From positions 15,879 through 79,878 of the forward strand of contig JBMFKI010000004.1 in NCBI GenBank assembly GCA_049972525.1: a stretch of DNA of 64,000 nt. The letters run 5' to 3'. The position numbers and the translations under genes are program-made. This DNA comes from Candidatus Bathyarchaeia archaeon. GTDB lineage: Archaea; Thermoproteota; Bathyarchaeia; Bathyarchaeales; Bathycorpusculaceae. The notes under the pieces are model-generated. The model had not been told where the DNA came from. It searched no databases and was given only the letters and a program-made list of their open reading frames with translations. Below, piece after piece: positions 48,046-57,392 of this stretch; the first letter of the stretch is position 1; each line of letters begins with the position of its first letter.

Positions 48046-49270
48046 TTTTCTTTGCCTCCGAAGTTTCAATTTTTAAAGCAGGCATCAAAGCTATCTTCTT
48101 GAAAAACTCCTCAAATTTCTTGTTGAATTCTCCAACACAACGAGGTGAAACCGTGAAAAGCTCAAAACGTTCAAGAAGCCCCCTCTTTTTCAGAAAATCT
48201 TTAAGCACATCCACATTTCTCTCGGCTGTTTCCCTTCCCTCTTGAAGTTTGCAGTCCTCAGCCGAGCAGACAACAGCCATTACGCCGTCAAAGCCGCTGT
48301 GCAAAGCTTCAACAACATGAACTGGGTCAAGAGACTTAAAACATGGAATCTCCATGGCTACAGCTCTCTTCTTGAAAAGTAGGCATTCTGGGTCGTCTAG
48401 GCACGAAAAGTCTGACCATTGACAGCAGAAAACGAGGATCGATGGAAAGTTGGCTTCCGCCTTCAATTTTCTGGCAGCTTCGCCATAAAGCCTTATCAAC
48501 CTGCTAATGTTTTCAAACTCGAAACCCTCAACCTGAATTGCCAAATGTGGACAAACGAGTGCGCAGGCGCCGCATCCCATGCACGCTTCTTGAATTATTT
48601 TTGGCGTTGCAAACTCTTCAGCTTCTATCGCGCCGTATGGACATATGAAAACGCATTTGTCGCAGCCGACGCATTTTTCAGTGTCGTAAACAGCTTTATG
48701 CGAGTACTTAATAACCTTCAAAGCGTCTTTACTGAAGCCCAACTGCTCAAGCACGGCCTTGCCAAGCATAAGCCTTCTAGTGTTGATTTTTGTTCCCCTT
48801 TTAAAGCGGCAGAACTCGTCTTCACATTGTATGGAAACAACATATTTTACGCCAGAGTTCAAAGCCTTAAAAATAAATTCTGTCGGCACCCGCCCTGAGC
48901 ACGGTATACGTAGGGGAATATAATCCCTTATTTTCAAGCCTTGGCTTTCAAGTATTTCTTCAATTTTGCATGTTGCTGGCGAGTTGCCGCGGCACATGAG
49001 AACAAGTGTGTCGCTTCCTTTTTTCTCGCGTATGCGGTTAAGATATCCTATCAGATTATCATAACTGTAATAGACAATTTCTATGGCAAGCGAGGGACAA
49101 GCACTGTAGCAGATTCCGCAAACTTGGCACTTCTGAATGTCAATTTCGAAGTTGCCGCTTTCCAAATCCCGCCTTATAGCCTCATAGGGGCAGACGGAAT
49201 AACAAACTGCACATTTACTGCAATAATCCTGATTTATGCGTACAGCGGCTGCACACGCCTCCTCACTCAT
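48038..49270 (-). CDS. Duplicated [2x4Fe-4S ferredoxin + MvhD-like domain] protein
   Basis: Repeat 1: CSKCAVCYSVCP, CQVCGICYSACP, then LVLMCRG...IPCSGRVP...IQCEDEFC. Repeat 2: CVGCDKCVFICP, CMGCGACALVCP, then LVFCCQW...IPCFKSLD...VVCSAEDC. Its stop overlaps the nfnA-like GTG start by 8 nt. The alternative GTG start is at 49285. Confidence 0.7.
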
Positions 49271-49374
49271 GAAACATTTCTCCACCGTTCTAGTGAAACT
49301 TGCCTTATGATTAATACATAGGCTTAGAAGATTTTTGAGGCATCTCCAATGATATAATAGTTTTGGAGCACAAC

Positions 49375-50310
49375 CTATGGTTTATAATAGTAAGGTCTAC
49401 GAATAAAGCCATAAGCTTCAACAGCCGCGGTTATGCCTTGACCAACAGCTGTTCCAACTTGCTTCACCGGGTGATTCGTAACGTCTCCAGCAGCGTAAAC
49501 CCCAGGAATGTTTGTTCTTTGACGAATGTCAACTATGATGTAGCCTTCTTCATTTACAGCTACGCCTGCTTCTTTGGCTATTTGGCTGTTCGGGTCTTCG
49601 CCTGCTTGGATGAAGACGCCGTCAACGGGCAGTTCTTTGATTTCGTCAGTTCTATTATTGAAAATTACAGCTTTATTTACGAGTTTTTCGCCCTTAATCT
49701 CCTTAACCTCAGTGTTCCACAAAATCTCCACATTATCCTTTCCTTTCAAAGCGTTCACAAGCGCTTCCTCAGCTCTAAATGCCTCCCGCCTATGAGAAAC
49801 TTTAACTTCTCCTGCAAGCTCAGCTATATACAAAGCTGTCACAACAGCAGCGTTTCCACCGCCAACAACAAGCACACGCTTACCCTTAAACAATGGCCCA
49901 TCACAAATGCCACAGTAACTTACCCCCCTTCCAAGAAATTCTCTCTCACCAGGAACGCCTAATTCGCGATAACGCGAACCAGAAGCAATTATTAAGGCCT
50001 TCGCCTCATAAGTGGTTCTATTAGTTTTCACCAACTTCTTTTCACCTTTCAAGTCTAAGCTTGAGACCCCCTCAAACTCGCGTATGGTGACACCAGCTTT
50101 CCTGCAGTGCGCCGCCATCCTCTGGGCTAACTCTACGCCAATTATACTTTCGAAGCCTGGATAATTCTCTATTTTGGGGGCGTCAGCAGCTGTGCCTCCA
50201 ACAATTTTTTCCTCCAAAATCAACGTTTTAAGTCCGCTTCTCGCGCCGTAGATTCCAGCTGCTAATCCCGCGGCGCCGCCGCCCACGATTATCAGTTCCC
50301 AATTTTCCAT
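49375..50310 (-). CDS. trxB: Thioredoxin-disulfide reductase-like flavoprotein
   Basis: IVGGGAAGLAAGIY, redox CxxC in YCGICDGPLF, second Rossmann VVGGGNAA, and GVYAAGD. The ATG at 50310 is 9 nt from GGAGG. Confidence 0.75.
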   Translation of the reverse strand: MENWELIIVGGGAAGLAAGIYGARSGLKTLILEEKIVGGTAADAPKIENYPGFESIIGVELAQRMAAHCRKAGVTIREFEGVSSLDLKGEKKLVKTNRTTYEAKALIIASGSRYRELGVPGEREFLGRGVSYCGICDGPLFKGKRVLVVGGGNAAVVTALYIAELAGEVKVSHRREAFRAEEALVNALKGKDNVEILWNTEVKEIKGEKLVNKAVIFNNRTDEIKELPVDGVFIQAGEDPNSQIAKEAGVAVNEEGYIIVDIRQRTNIPGVYAAGDVTNHPVKQVGTAVGQGITAAVEAYGFIRRPYYYKP

Positions 50311-50406
50311 GAGGTACATCCTCCTTTTCTAATACTTTTGTTGTTTGCGCTTATCAAGCGTTCGCATTGTTTTAACTGCCTTCACCAATTTCAAAATTGA
50401 GTTCGC

Positions 50407-50625
50407 TTATTTCTGTTTCGTAGCATCGTTGGCATAGCCATCAAAATTTTCATACTCATCTTCATTAATTCCACTACCGCAAACTGAGCAGTAAAACTTC
50501 TTTCCGCCTTCCTCTTCGGAAACCTTACGCTTCTTCTTTTTCTGTTTCCCAAGCAAATCGCTAAATAATTTAGCCGCCACATTAACGTAAAACCATTTTG
50601 AACACAAATCAATAAAGGTTGACAC
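50407..50625 (-). CDS. Possible small Lys-rich protein with a single CxxC (very uncertain)
   Basis: 72-codon ORF with a GTG start overlapping the hdrD-like stop by 1 nt (TAGTG). No recognisable family, and it could be non-coding. Confidence 0.2.
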   Translation of the reverse strand: MSTFIDLCSKWFYVNVAAKLFSDLLGKQKKKKRKVSEEEGGKKFYCSVCGSGINEDEYENFDGYANDATKQK

Positions 50626-51746
50626 TATATTGCTTGAGCAACAAGTTCGGCGATATCCATAACTTGGATTTTACCTTCATTACCAGTTGTTTTCACAGCA
50701 TCCTCAATTGTCAAGAGACAGAATGGACAAGCTACGGCTAATATTTCAGCGCCAGAGGCCACGGCGTCTTTGACGCGTATTTCCGCAAGCCTTGGTCCTG
50801 GAATGTCAACCCACATCCTTCCGCCTCCTCCCTCACAGCATAGGCTTCTGGCTCTTGAGCGGTCAAACTCTAAAAGTGTCACGCCCGGAATGCTTTCGAT
50901 AACTTTGCGCGGTTCTTCGTATATGCCATTTTGCTTGCCTAGGAAGCATGGGTCATGGTAAATCACTTTCTTTTCCACTTCCTTTGTGAATGTCAGTTTC
51001 TTCTCATCTACCAGTTTGGCTAGCAGCTGTGAGTGGTGTAGCGGTTCAAAGTTTGATTGGTTGTAGCGGTTTTTGAAAGCATGAAAGCCGTGTGGACAGT
51101 TTGTAACGACTTGTTTAACTGCGTATTTATTGAAAATCTTCATGTTCTCCTCGACTAAGAATTCGAATAAGCCCTTTTCGCCCATGCCGTAAACTTCGCT
51201 TCCACAACAGTTTTCCTCTTCGCCTAAAACTCCAAAGTTTACTCCCGCTTTTTGAAGGCTTAAGACGAGACTTTTCGCAACGTTTTGGACACGTGGATCA
51301 TAAGCCGACGTGCAACCTACATAGTATAGAATTTCTGCACCTTGAGAGATGTGTTTGACGTTTAAGCCTTGACTCCATTCGGCACGTTTGCTGCGAATTC
51401 TAGCCCACGGATTCCCATTTTTGAATATGCTTTCCAAAGCGTCGCGAATTGTTGGCGCTATCTGACCCTCTTCAACAGCCATGCTTCTAATGTCAATCAA
51501 AAATTCGTAGGGGTTCAAATCCTTGGGACAGCGAACACCACAAGTTGAGCACGTTGTGCAGCTCCACAACTCGTTTTGAGAGTGAATGGTTAGCCTGCCA
51601 AGAGCAGAAACTTCACGCATATAACGTCTAATGTTTAGGTTAGCCTTCTTTGAAACTGGGCAGCTGCCCGTGCACATTCCACATTGTATGCATTCAAGCA
51701 GCTTATGTTTTTGAATGAGCTCTTGAACGTTCATTCTAAACGTCAC
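50625..51746 (-). CDS. hdrD: HdrD-like iron-sulfur/CCG-domain oxidoreductase (soluble)
   Basis: CIQCGMCTGSCP, CTTCSTCGVRCP, then two CCG motifs (NCCGSE, LCCEGGGG) and ACPFC. No long hydrophobic segment. The alternative ATG start is at 51734. Confidence 0.8.
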   Translation of the reverse strand: MTFRMNVQELIQKHKLLECIQCGMCTGSCPVSKKANLNIRRYMREVSALGRLTIHSQNELWSCTTCSTCGVRCPKDLNPYEFLIDIRSMAVEEGQIAPTIRDALESIFKNGNPWARIRSKRAEWSQGLNVKHISQGAEILYYVGCTSAYDPRVQNVAKSLVLSLQKAGVNFGVLGEEENCCGSEVYGMGEKGLFEFLVEENMKIFNKYAVKQVVTNCPHGFHAFKNRYNQSNFEPLHHSQLLAKLVDEKKLTFTKEVEKKVIYHDPCFLGKQNGIYEEPRKVIESIPGVTLLEFDRSRARSLCCEGGGGRMWVDIPGPRLAEIRVKDAVASGAEILAVACPFCLLTIEDAVKTTGNEGKIQVMDIAELVAQAI

Positions 51747-51818
51747 TTTGACTGATTTTTGGGAGTAAGATTTTTAATAAGTGTTTTCCTTCTATGAGTC
51801 AAAACGCACCATTAAATA

Positions 51819-54200
51819 ATGGAGATCATCCTCATGGAGAAGAAGAATCAGCGCATTGGAATTTTTGTTTGCGAGTGCGGCGGGAACATAGGCGACGTGG
51901 TGGACGTTAAGGCTGTCGTTGAAGCTGTTAAAAACTGGAAAAGTGTCGTCGTAGCTAAACAGCACAAGTATTTGTGTTCAAAACCAGCTCAAGAAATGAT
52001 AATAGAAGCCATAAAAAAGAACAATCTGGACCGCGTTATCGTTGCAAGTTGCACACCACGCATGCACTTGCCCACTTTCCAAAGCGTCTTAGAAAGGGCT
52101 GGATTAAACCCTTACATGCTCGAGTTCGTAAATATCCGCGAACAAAGCTCATGGGTTCACGGCCCACACGCATCAGCAGAAGCCACAAGAAAAGCTATAA
52201 GCCTTATCCGAGGCGGATATGAACGAAGTTTCGAGCTTGAACCACTAGAACCAGTAAGCGAGAAAGGCTCAAGGGAAATCCTCATAGTCGGCGGGGGAAT
52301 AGCTGGTATAACAGCTGCACTTGAGCTTGGATATTTGGGTTATAAGGTTCACCTTGTTGAGCGAAAGCCAAGCATAGGCGGTAACATGGCGAAACTTACA
52401 AAGGTTTTCCCCACTTTAGACTGCGCCCAATGTATCTTAACGCCGAGAATGGCTGAAGTTGGAAGAAACCAAAATGTCAACTTGCTCACATACGCTGAAG
52501 TGCAGGAAGTAAGCGGGCGACCTGGCAATTATAAGGTTAAGGTTTTCATGAAGCCTAGAGGTGTTGACGTTGAAAAATGCAGAAGCTGCGGCGTATGCGC
52601 AAAAGTTTGCCCAGTTACCGTTCCAGACGAATTTAATGAAGGCTTAGCTCAAAGAAAAGCAGCTTACATAGAGTTTCCGCAGGCTGTACCATCAGCCTAC
52701 ACTATAGATTTCAACGCCTGCAACAAATGCCGAAAATGCGAACAGCTTTGCCCAGCAAAAGCCATAAACATAGACGACCAAGGCAAGGTCGTTGAACTAA
52801 ACGTTGGCGCAATAATCCTAGCTGCGGGATATCAGCTTTATGATGCGCGGAAACTGGAAATTTATGGTTATGGCACGTATAAAGATGTTATAACAATGAT
52901 GGAACTTGAAAGACTCACATCAGCAACTGGACCAACAGGAGGCTTCGTTAAAAAGGCTGATGGAAGTGATGTGCGGAAAATGGCGATTGTCCTCTGCGCT
53001 GGTTCACGTGACAAGAATTACATTCCATATTGCAGCCGCATATGCTGCATGTACTCACTTAAACAGGCTTTTGTACTTAAGAAAATGCTCGGAATAGACG
53101 TTACAATCTACTACATCGACATTAGAGCAACTGGAAAAGGTTATGAGGACCTGTATTGGCGAGACCAAGAGGCAGGCGTCCTCTTCATCAAGGGTAAAGT
53201 AGCTGAAATCTACAGGAACAACGCCAATGGTAAGCTTGTGGTTTTGGCTGAAGACACGTTGACAGGCGAGGTGCGTGAAGACGAGTACGACATGGTTGCC
53301 TTGGCTACGCCAATGGTTCCATCAGCTGGGCTTAAAGAACTAGCCGAAAAGATGAAAGTGGCTGTTGGCGAAGACGGTTTCATAACTGAAAAGCATCCAA
53401 AACTTGACCCTGTAGATTCACTTGTTGCTGGAATATTCGCTTGCGGTTGCACACTAAGCCCGAAAGATGTGAGGGACACTGTTTCGGATGGTTTAGGCGC
53501 AGCAGCCAAGGCTGCACTCTTCCTAAAAAGTGAATATGTAACAACAAGTCCGGAAAAAGCCTATGTCATTACGGATTTGTGTAACGGATGCCAAGCATGC
53601 ATACCTGTATGTCCAGTTAACGCAATAAGGATGGTTGAAGGCAAAGCGAAGATAGACCCATTCCAATGCACTGGATGTGGCGCGTGCGTACCAACATGTC
53701 CACAAGAGGCAATAGACTTCAAGAACGCAACGACAAAGCAGATTCTCGCCACTTTAAGGGGGGTTTTAGCTGAAAAGCAGGCTGGCGAAGTGCGAATAAT
53801 AGCCTTCGTCGACAAGAACGTTGGGTATACTGGAATGGACTTCTTGGGGTTGGATAGAACTAACTATCCGGAAAACATTCGCATCGTGGCTGTTCCCTCA
53901 ACAGCAATTTTAGGACTGAAACATGTTCTATACGCTTTTGCTTACGGTGCTGACGGCATCCTCGTAATTGAGGGGCAAGAGGAAATTGACGAAAAATTCA
54001 CGAAAAAACGAATGATTGACATGGGAAGGGAACTGGCCAAATACGGCATAGAATCAATGCGGGTGCGCTATAGCTATGTTCCGCTGCCAGTTTACAAGAA
54101 GGCAGCAGAACTTTTTACAATGTTCACTGATAGAATAAAGAAGTTTGGACCAGTCGCTGAGGAAAAAAGAAATAACATAAAGCAGCAACTAAAAATTTAA
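51819..54200 (+). CDS. hdrA: HdrA-like flavoprotein with C-terminal cysteine-less MvhD-like domain (793 aa)
   Basis: N-domain IGIFVCECGGNIG...ASCTPR...EQSSW, VGGGIAGITAALEL, FPTLDCAQCIL, inserted ferredoxin (CRSCGVCAKVCP, CNKCRKCEQLCP), C-terminal ferredoxin (CNGCQACIPVCP, CTGCGACVPTCP). The tail then aligns to MvhD but has no cysteines. Confidence 0.8.
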   Translation: MEIILMEKKNQRIGIFVCECGGNIGDVVDVKAVVEAVKNWKSVVVAKQHKYLCSKPAQEMIIEAIKKNNLDRVIVASCTPRMHLPTFQSVLERAGLNPYMLEFVNIREQSSWVHGPHASAEATRKAISLIRGGYERSFELEPLEPVSEKGSREILIVGGGIAGITAALELGYLGYKVHLVERKPSIGGNMAKLTKVFPTLDCAQCILTPRMAEVGRNQNVNLLTYAEVQEVSGRPGNYKVKVFMKPRGVDVEKCRSCGVCAKVCPVTVPDEFNEGLAQRKAAYIEFPQAVPSAYTIDFNACNKCRKCEQLCPAKAINIDDQGKVVELNVGAIILAAGYQLYDARKLEIYGYGTYKDVITMMELERLTSATGPTGGFVKKADGSDVRKMAIVLCAGSRDKNYIPYCSRICCMYSLKQAFVLKKMLGIDVTIYYIDIRATGKGYEDLYWRDQEAGVLFIKGKVAEIYRNNANGKLVVLAEDTLTGEVREDEYDMVALATPMVPSAGLKELAEKMKVAVGEDGFITEKHPKLDPVDSLVAGIFACGCTLSPKDVRDTVSDGLGAAAKAALFLKSEYVTTSPEKAYVITDLCNGCQACIPVCPVNAIRMVEGKAKIDPFQCTGCGACVPTCPQEAIDFKNATTKQILATLRGVLAEKQAGEVRIIAFVDKNVGYTGMDFLGLDRTNYPENIRIVAVPSTAILGLKHVLYAFAYGADGILVIEGQEEIDEKFTKKRMIDMGRELAKYGIESMRVRYSYVPLPVYKKAAELFTMFTDRIKKFGPVAEEKRNNIKQQLKI

Positions 54201-54325
54201 ATTCATTTTTCTTCCACACTTCATGCATTTCTCTACGTGTTGATGTGGAAAAACTAGAAAAGAAAGCAAAAATTATATGAAAATGGTTTGTTTATCCTCT
54301 CTTCAATTTGGAGAGGAGAAAAGCT

Positions 54326-55114
54326 TTGGACATAATTGTTTGTGTTAAACACGTCCCAGAAACCGCTGAGGCGGAGCTAAAAATTGATGTAAACGGAAAA
54401 ACCATAGAAAAGTCGGGATTGGTCTTTGACATCAACGAGTGGGACGACTACGCATTAGAGGAGGCAGTGCGCATAAAAGAGAAACTGGGCGGAACGGTCA
54501 CAGCGATAACAGTTGGCGCTGAAGATTCTGACAGTACACTGCGCAAGTGCTTAGCCCGCGGCGCAGACAGAGCAATACGCTTAACAGACCCAAAATTTGA
54601 GGGCTCAGATGGCTACGCAACAGCAAAACTACTCTGCAGCGTAATCAAGAACATGCATTACGATTTGATTTTGACCGGTTTTCAGGCTGGAGATGACGGT
54701 TACTCAATGGTTGGTCCAATACTGGCTGAGTTGCTTGGAATACCGCACGCAACGCTTGTTAAAAAAATTGAGTTGAGCGCTGACACTGCAAGGGTTAATC
54801 GTGAACTTGAAGGTGGATTGGAAGAAGTTGTTGAGGTTAAGCTTCCAGCACTTTTCGCTGTTCAAACAGGCATAAATGAGCCACGCTACGTTTCGATAAT
54901 GGGCATCCGCAAGGCAATGCAGAAAGAGATAAAAGTCATGAATTTAGCGGAAACAGGCTTAAGCGAAGCGGATGTTGGTGAAGCGGGTTCATGGCTCAAA
55001 ATAGAGAAACTTTACGTTCCTCCAGTTGAAAAACAAGCAGAATTCCTCAAAGGAAGCCCAGACGAAGTTGCAGCGAAAATTGTTGAAATCCTCAAGTCAA
55101 GGGGGCTGATATAA
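54326..55114 (+). CDS. etfB: Electron transfer flavoprotein beta subunit
   Basis: LDIIVCVKHVPE... is the typical EtfB N-terminus, followed by DLILTGFQAGDDG. The TTG at 54326 lies 7 nt after GGAGAGGAG. The track ORF starts at TTG 54308. Confidence 0.85.
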   Translation: MDIIVCVKHVPETAEAELKIDVNGKTIEKSGLVFDINEWDDYALEEAVRIKEKLGGTVTAITVGAEDSDSTLRKCLARGADRAIRLTDPKFEGSDGYATAKLLCSVIKNMHYDLILTGFQAGDDGYSMVGPILAELLGIPHATLVKKIELSADTARVNRELEGGLEEVVEVKLPALFAVQTGINEPRYVSIMGIRKAMQKEIKVMNLAETGLSEADVGEAGSWLKIEKLYVPPVEKQAEFLKGSPDEVAAKIVEILKSRGLI

Positions 55115-55115
55115 A

Positions 55116-56105
55116 ATGGCGGAAATTTTCGTTTTAACAGAACATAGGCAAGGGCAGATACGGGACATAACGTATGAGATGCTGACGAAGGGCAAGGAGA
55201 CAGCTGAAAAGTTAAACGCTGAGCTAACTGCGGTTATGCTTGGCAAGGATGTTAAGGAAAAGGCGAAGGAACTTTCTGAATACGCTGAAAAAGTTTTGGT
55301 TGTTGAAAATGCTAAACTTGAAAACTTCAATTCTGAAGTTTACCAAAAGGTGCTCTCAAACCTAATCAGAGAACAAAAGCCAACATTAACAATGGTTGGA
55401 CACACTTCTTATGGCGTGGAACTTGCCCCAAGACTTGCAGCATCGCTTAATATTCCGTTAGCAACAGACTGCATAGATCTAACATTTGAAGGTAAAAACC
55501 TCACGGTTACTAGGCAGATGTACGGAGGAAAAGTTAACGTTAAGGCTACGCTTAAAGAGGCAGAAGGCTACATGGTCACTGTGCGCCAAGCAGCCTTCAC
55601 AGCCAAAAAACCCCAGCCACCACTAAACGGCGAAATAATAGAAAAACCAGCACTATTAACAGAGGAAATAACGGCAAAACGCTTTGTAGAATATGTTCTG
55701 CCGCCACCTGGAGGCGTAGACATAACAGCAGCAGAGAAGCTTGTCGGCATTGGAAGAGGCATAAAAGACCAGGCGAACATGCCTATAATTGAAGAGTTTG
55801 CAAAGGCTTTAGGCGCTGTGCTTGCGTGCTCAAGACCAGTTGTGGATAAGGGTTGGCTTCCAAGCGACCGTCAAGTGGGCAGTTCAGGAAAAACCGTGAA
55901 ACCGAAACTTTACATAGCGGTTGGCATAAGCGGTGCCTTCCAGCATGTTCTAGGAATGAAGAACTCTGATTTGATTATAGCAATAAACAAAGATCCAAAC
56001 GCGCCGATATTTAACTTCTCAGACTACGGCATAGTGGATGACTTATTCAAGGTTATTCCAGCGCTAAAGAATAAGATAAACGAGTTAAAAGAACAAAAAG
56101 CATAG
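55116..56105 (+). CDS. etfA: Electron transfer flavoprotein alpha subunit
   Basis: C-terminal FAD motif PKLYIAVGISGAFQHVLGM...IIAINKDPNAPIF. The start is 1 nt after the etfB stop. Confidence 0.85.
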   Translation: MAEIFVLTEHRQGQIRDITYEMLTKGKETAEKLNAELTAVMLGKDVKEKAKELSEYAEKVLVVENAKLENFNSEVYQKVLSNLIREQKPTLTMVGHTSYGVELAPRLAASLNIPLATDCIDLTFEGKNLTVTRQMYGGKVNVKATLKEAEGYMVTVRQAAFTAKKPQPPLNGEIIEKPALLTEEITAKRFVEYVLPPPGGVDITAAEKLVGIGRGIKDQANMPIIEEFAKALGAVLACSRPVVDKGWLPSDRQVGSSGKTVKPKLYIAVGISGAFQHVLGMKNSDLIIAINKDPNAPIFNFSDYGIVDDLFKVIPALKNKINELKEQKA

Positions 56106-56133
56106 CCTACTACTCAACCGGAGGAAGAAACAA

Positions 56134-57288
56134 ATGGAGTTTAAAATGACAGAGGAACAGCTTGAAATCAAAAAGGCAGCCAAAGAGTTCGCGGAAAAGG
56201 AGTTCACACCAGAACTAGCACTAGAATACGACCAAAAAGAAGAGTTCCCAATGACACTATATAAAAAGGCTGCACAGCTGGGTTTTACGGGAATGCGCAT
56301 ACCACAAGAATATGGCGGACAAGGCTACGGCGTGCTTGAAGATTGCATAGTCGTAGAAGAATTTTGCAGAGTGGACCCTGGACTAGGCGTGGCGGTATCC
56401 CTTGGAAACCTAATGGTTCCAGATGTTCTCCTAAAACATGGCACGGAACAGCAAAAAGAGAAGTATATTCCGCCACTGGCGAAAGGCGAAAAAGTAGCTG
56501 CAGCAGCCTTCACAGAGCCGGAACATGGAAGCGACATAACACGGATGAATACAACCGCAATAAAAAGTGGAAACGAGTGGATAATTAATGGCAACAAACA
56601 GTTCATAACAAATGCGCCAATAGCAGACACGTTCATAATACTGTGTCAAACAGACCCGAACGCCCAGCCATCACACAGAGGACAAAGCCTGTTTCTAGTA
56701 GAAAAGGGCATGTCAGGACTGGATGCAACGAAGTTGCATAGGAAGATGGGGATAAAACCATGCGTTACTGGCTCACTTGCACTCAGCGACTTAAGAGTGC
56801 CGGAAGCAAACCTTGTCGGCGAATTGAATAAGGGATTCTATTATGCTTTGGAGCTTTTTGACGGAACAAGAATAACAGTTGCAGCCCAAGCCGTAGGCAT
56901 GGCACAAGGAGCATTTGAACGTGCATTGAACTATGCGAGAACACGAAAACAGTTCGGTCAACCAATAATAAACTTTCAAGCAGTGTCATTCAAGTTAGCT
57001 GAGATGACGATGAAGATTGAGGCTGCCCGCTTGATGACGTATAAGGCTGCTTGGCTTTATGACAACGAAAAGCCTAACCCCGCGGCAACATCAATGGCTA
57101 AAGCCTACGCGAGTCGTGTGGCAATGGAAGTTACAGATGATGCTATACAAATCCTTGGTGGATATGGATATTTGGCTGATTACCATGTTGAACGTTTCCA
57201 CCGCTGCGCAAAGATAACGGAAATCTATGAGGGCACAACGGAAGTTCAGAAACTAACAATAGTCAATTTCCTACAGAAACAGGCGTAA
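56134..57288 (+). CDS. Acyl-CoA dehydrogenase, copy 1
   Basis: 384 aa: AAFTEPEHGSD, FITNA and the catalytic-Glu region IYEGTTEVQ. GGAGG lies 9 nt upstream. Confidence 0.9.
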   Translation: MEFKMTEEQLEIKKAAKEFAEKEFTPELALEYDQKEEFPMTLYKKAAQLGFTGMRIPQEYGGQGYGVLEDCIVVEEFCRVDPGLGVAVSLGNLMVPDVLLKHGTEQQKEKYIPPLAKGEKVAAAAFTEPEHGSDITRMNTTAIKSGNEWIINGNKQFITNAPIADTFIILCQTDPNAQPSHRGQSLFLVEKGMSGLDATKLHRKMGIKPCVTGSLALSDLRVPEANLVGELNKGFYYALELFDGTRITVAAQAVGMAQGAFERALNYARTRKQFGQPIINFQAVSFKLAEMTMKIEAARLMTYKAAWLYDNEKPNPAATSMAKAYASRVAMEVTDDAIQILGGYGYLADYHVERFHRCAKITEIYEGTTEVQKLTIVNFLQKQA

Positions 57289-57392
57289 CAATCCACACTT
57301 TCTTCTTTCTATTTTAAACTTACTGACGTGTTATTTCAAAACTTTTATACTCTTTCAACCACATTTACATTCTCTAAAAAGGAGGAGATATT

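Noticed and set aside
49363-49962. 199-aa plus-strand ORF; likewise the 199-aa minus-strand ORF at 59699..60298
   Set aside because: Both are antisense shadows, of trxB and the crotonase gene respectively. Their translations have no recognisable motifs and a skewed composition.
50391-50612. 73-aa minus-strand ORF overlapping the 50407..50625 ORF in another frame
   Set aside because: The translation looks random, with no motif and Arg/Met-rich composition. At most one of the two overlapping small ORFs can be real, and neither is well supported.
51747-51803. 7-bp inverted repeat TTTGACT ... AGTCAAA in the hdrD/hdrA divergent promoter
   Set aside because: The arms are short and separated by 43 nt, which is easily expected by chance in AT-rich spacer DNA. 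It is worth revisiting only if conserved in relatives.
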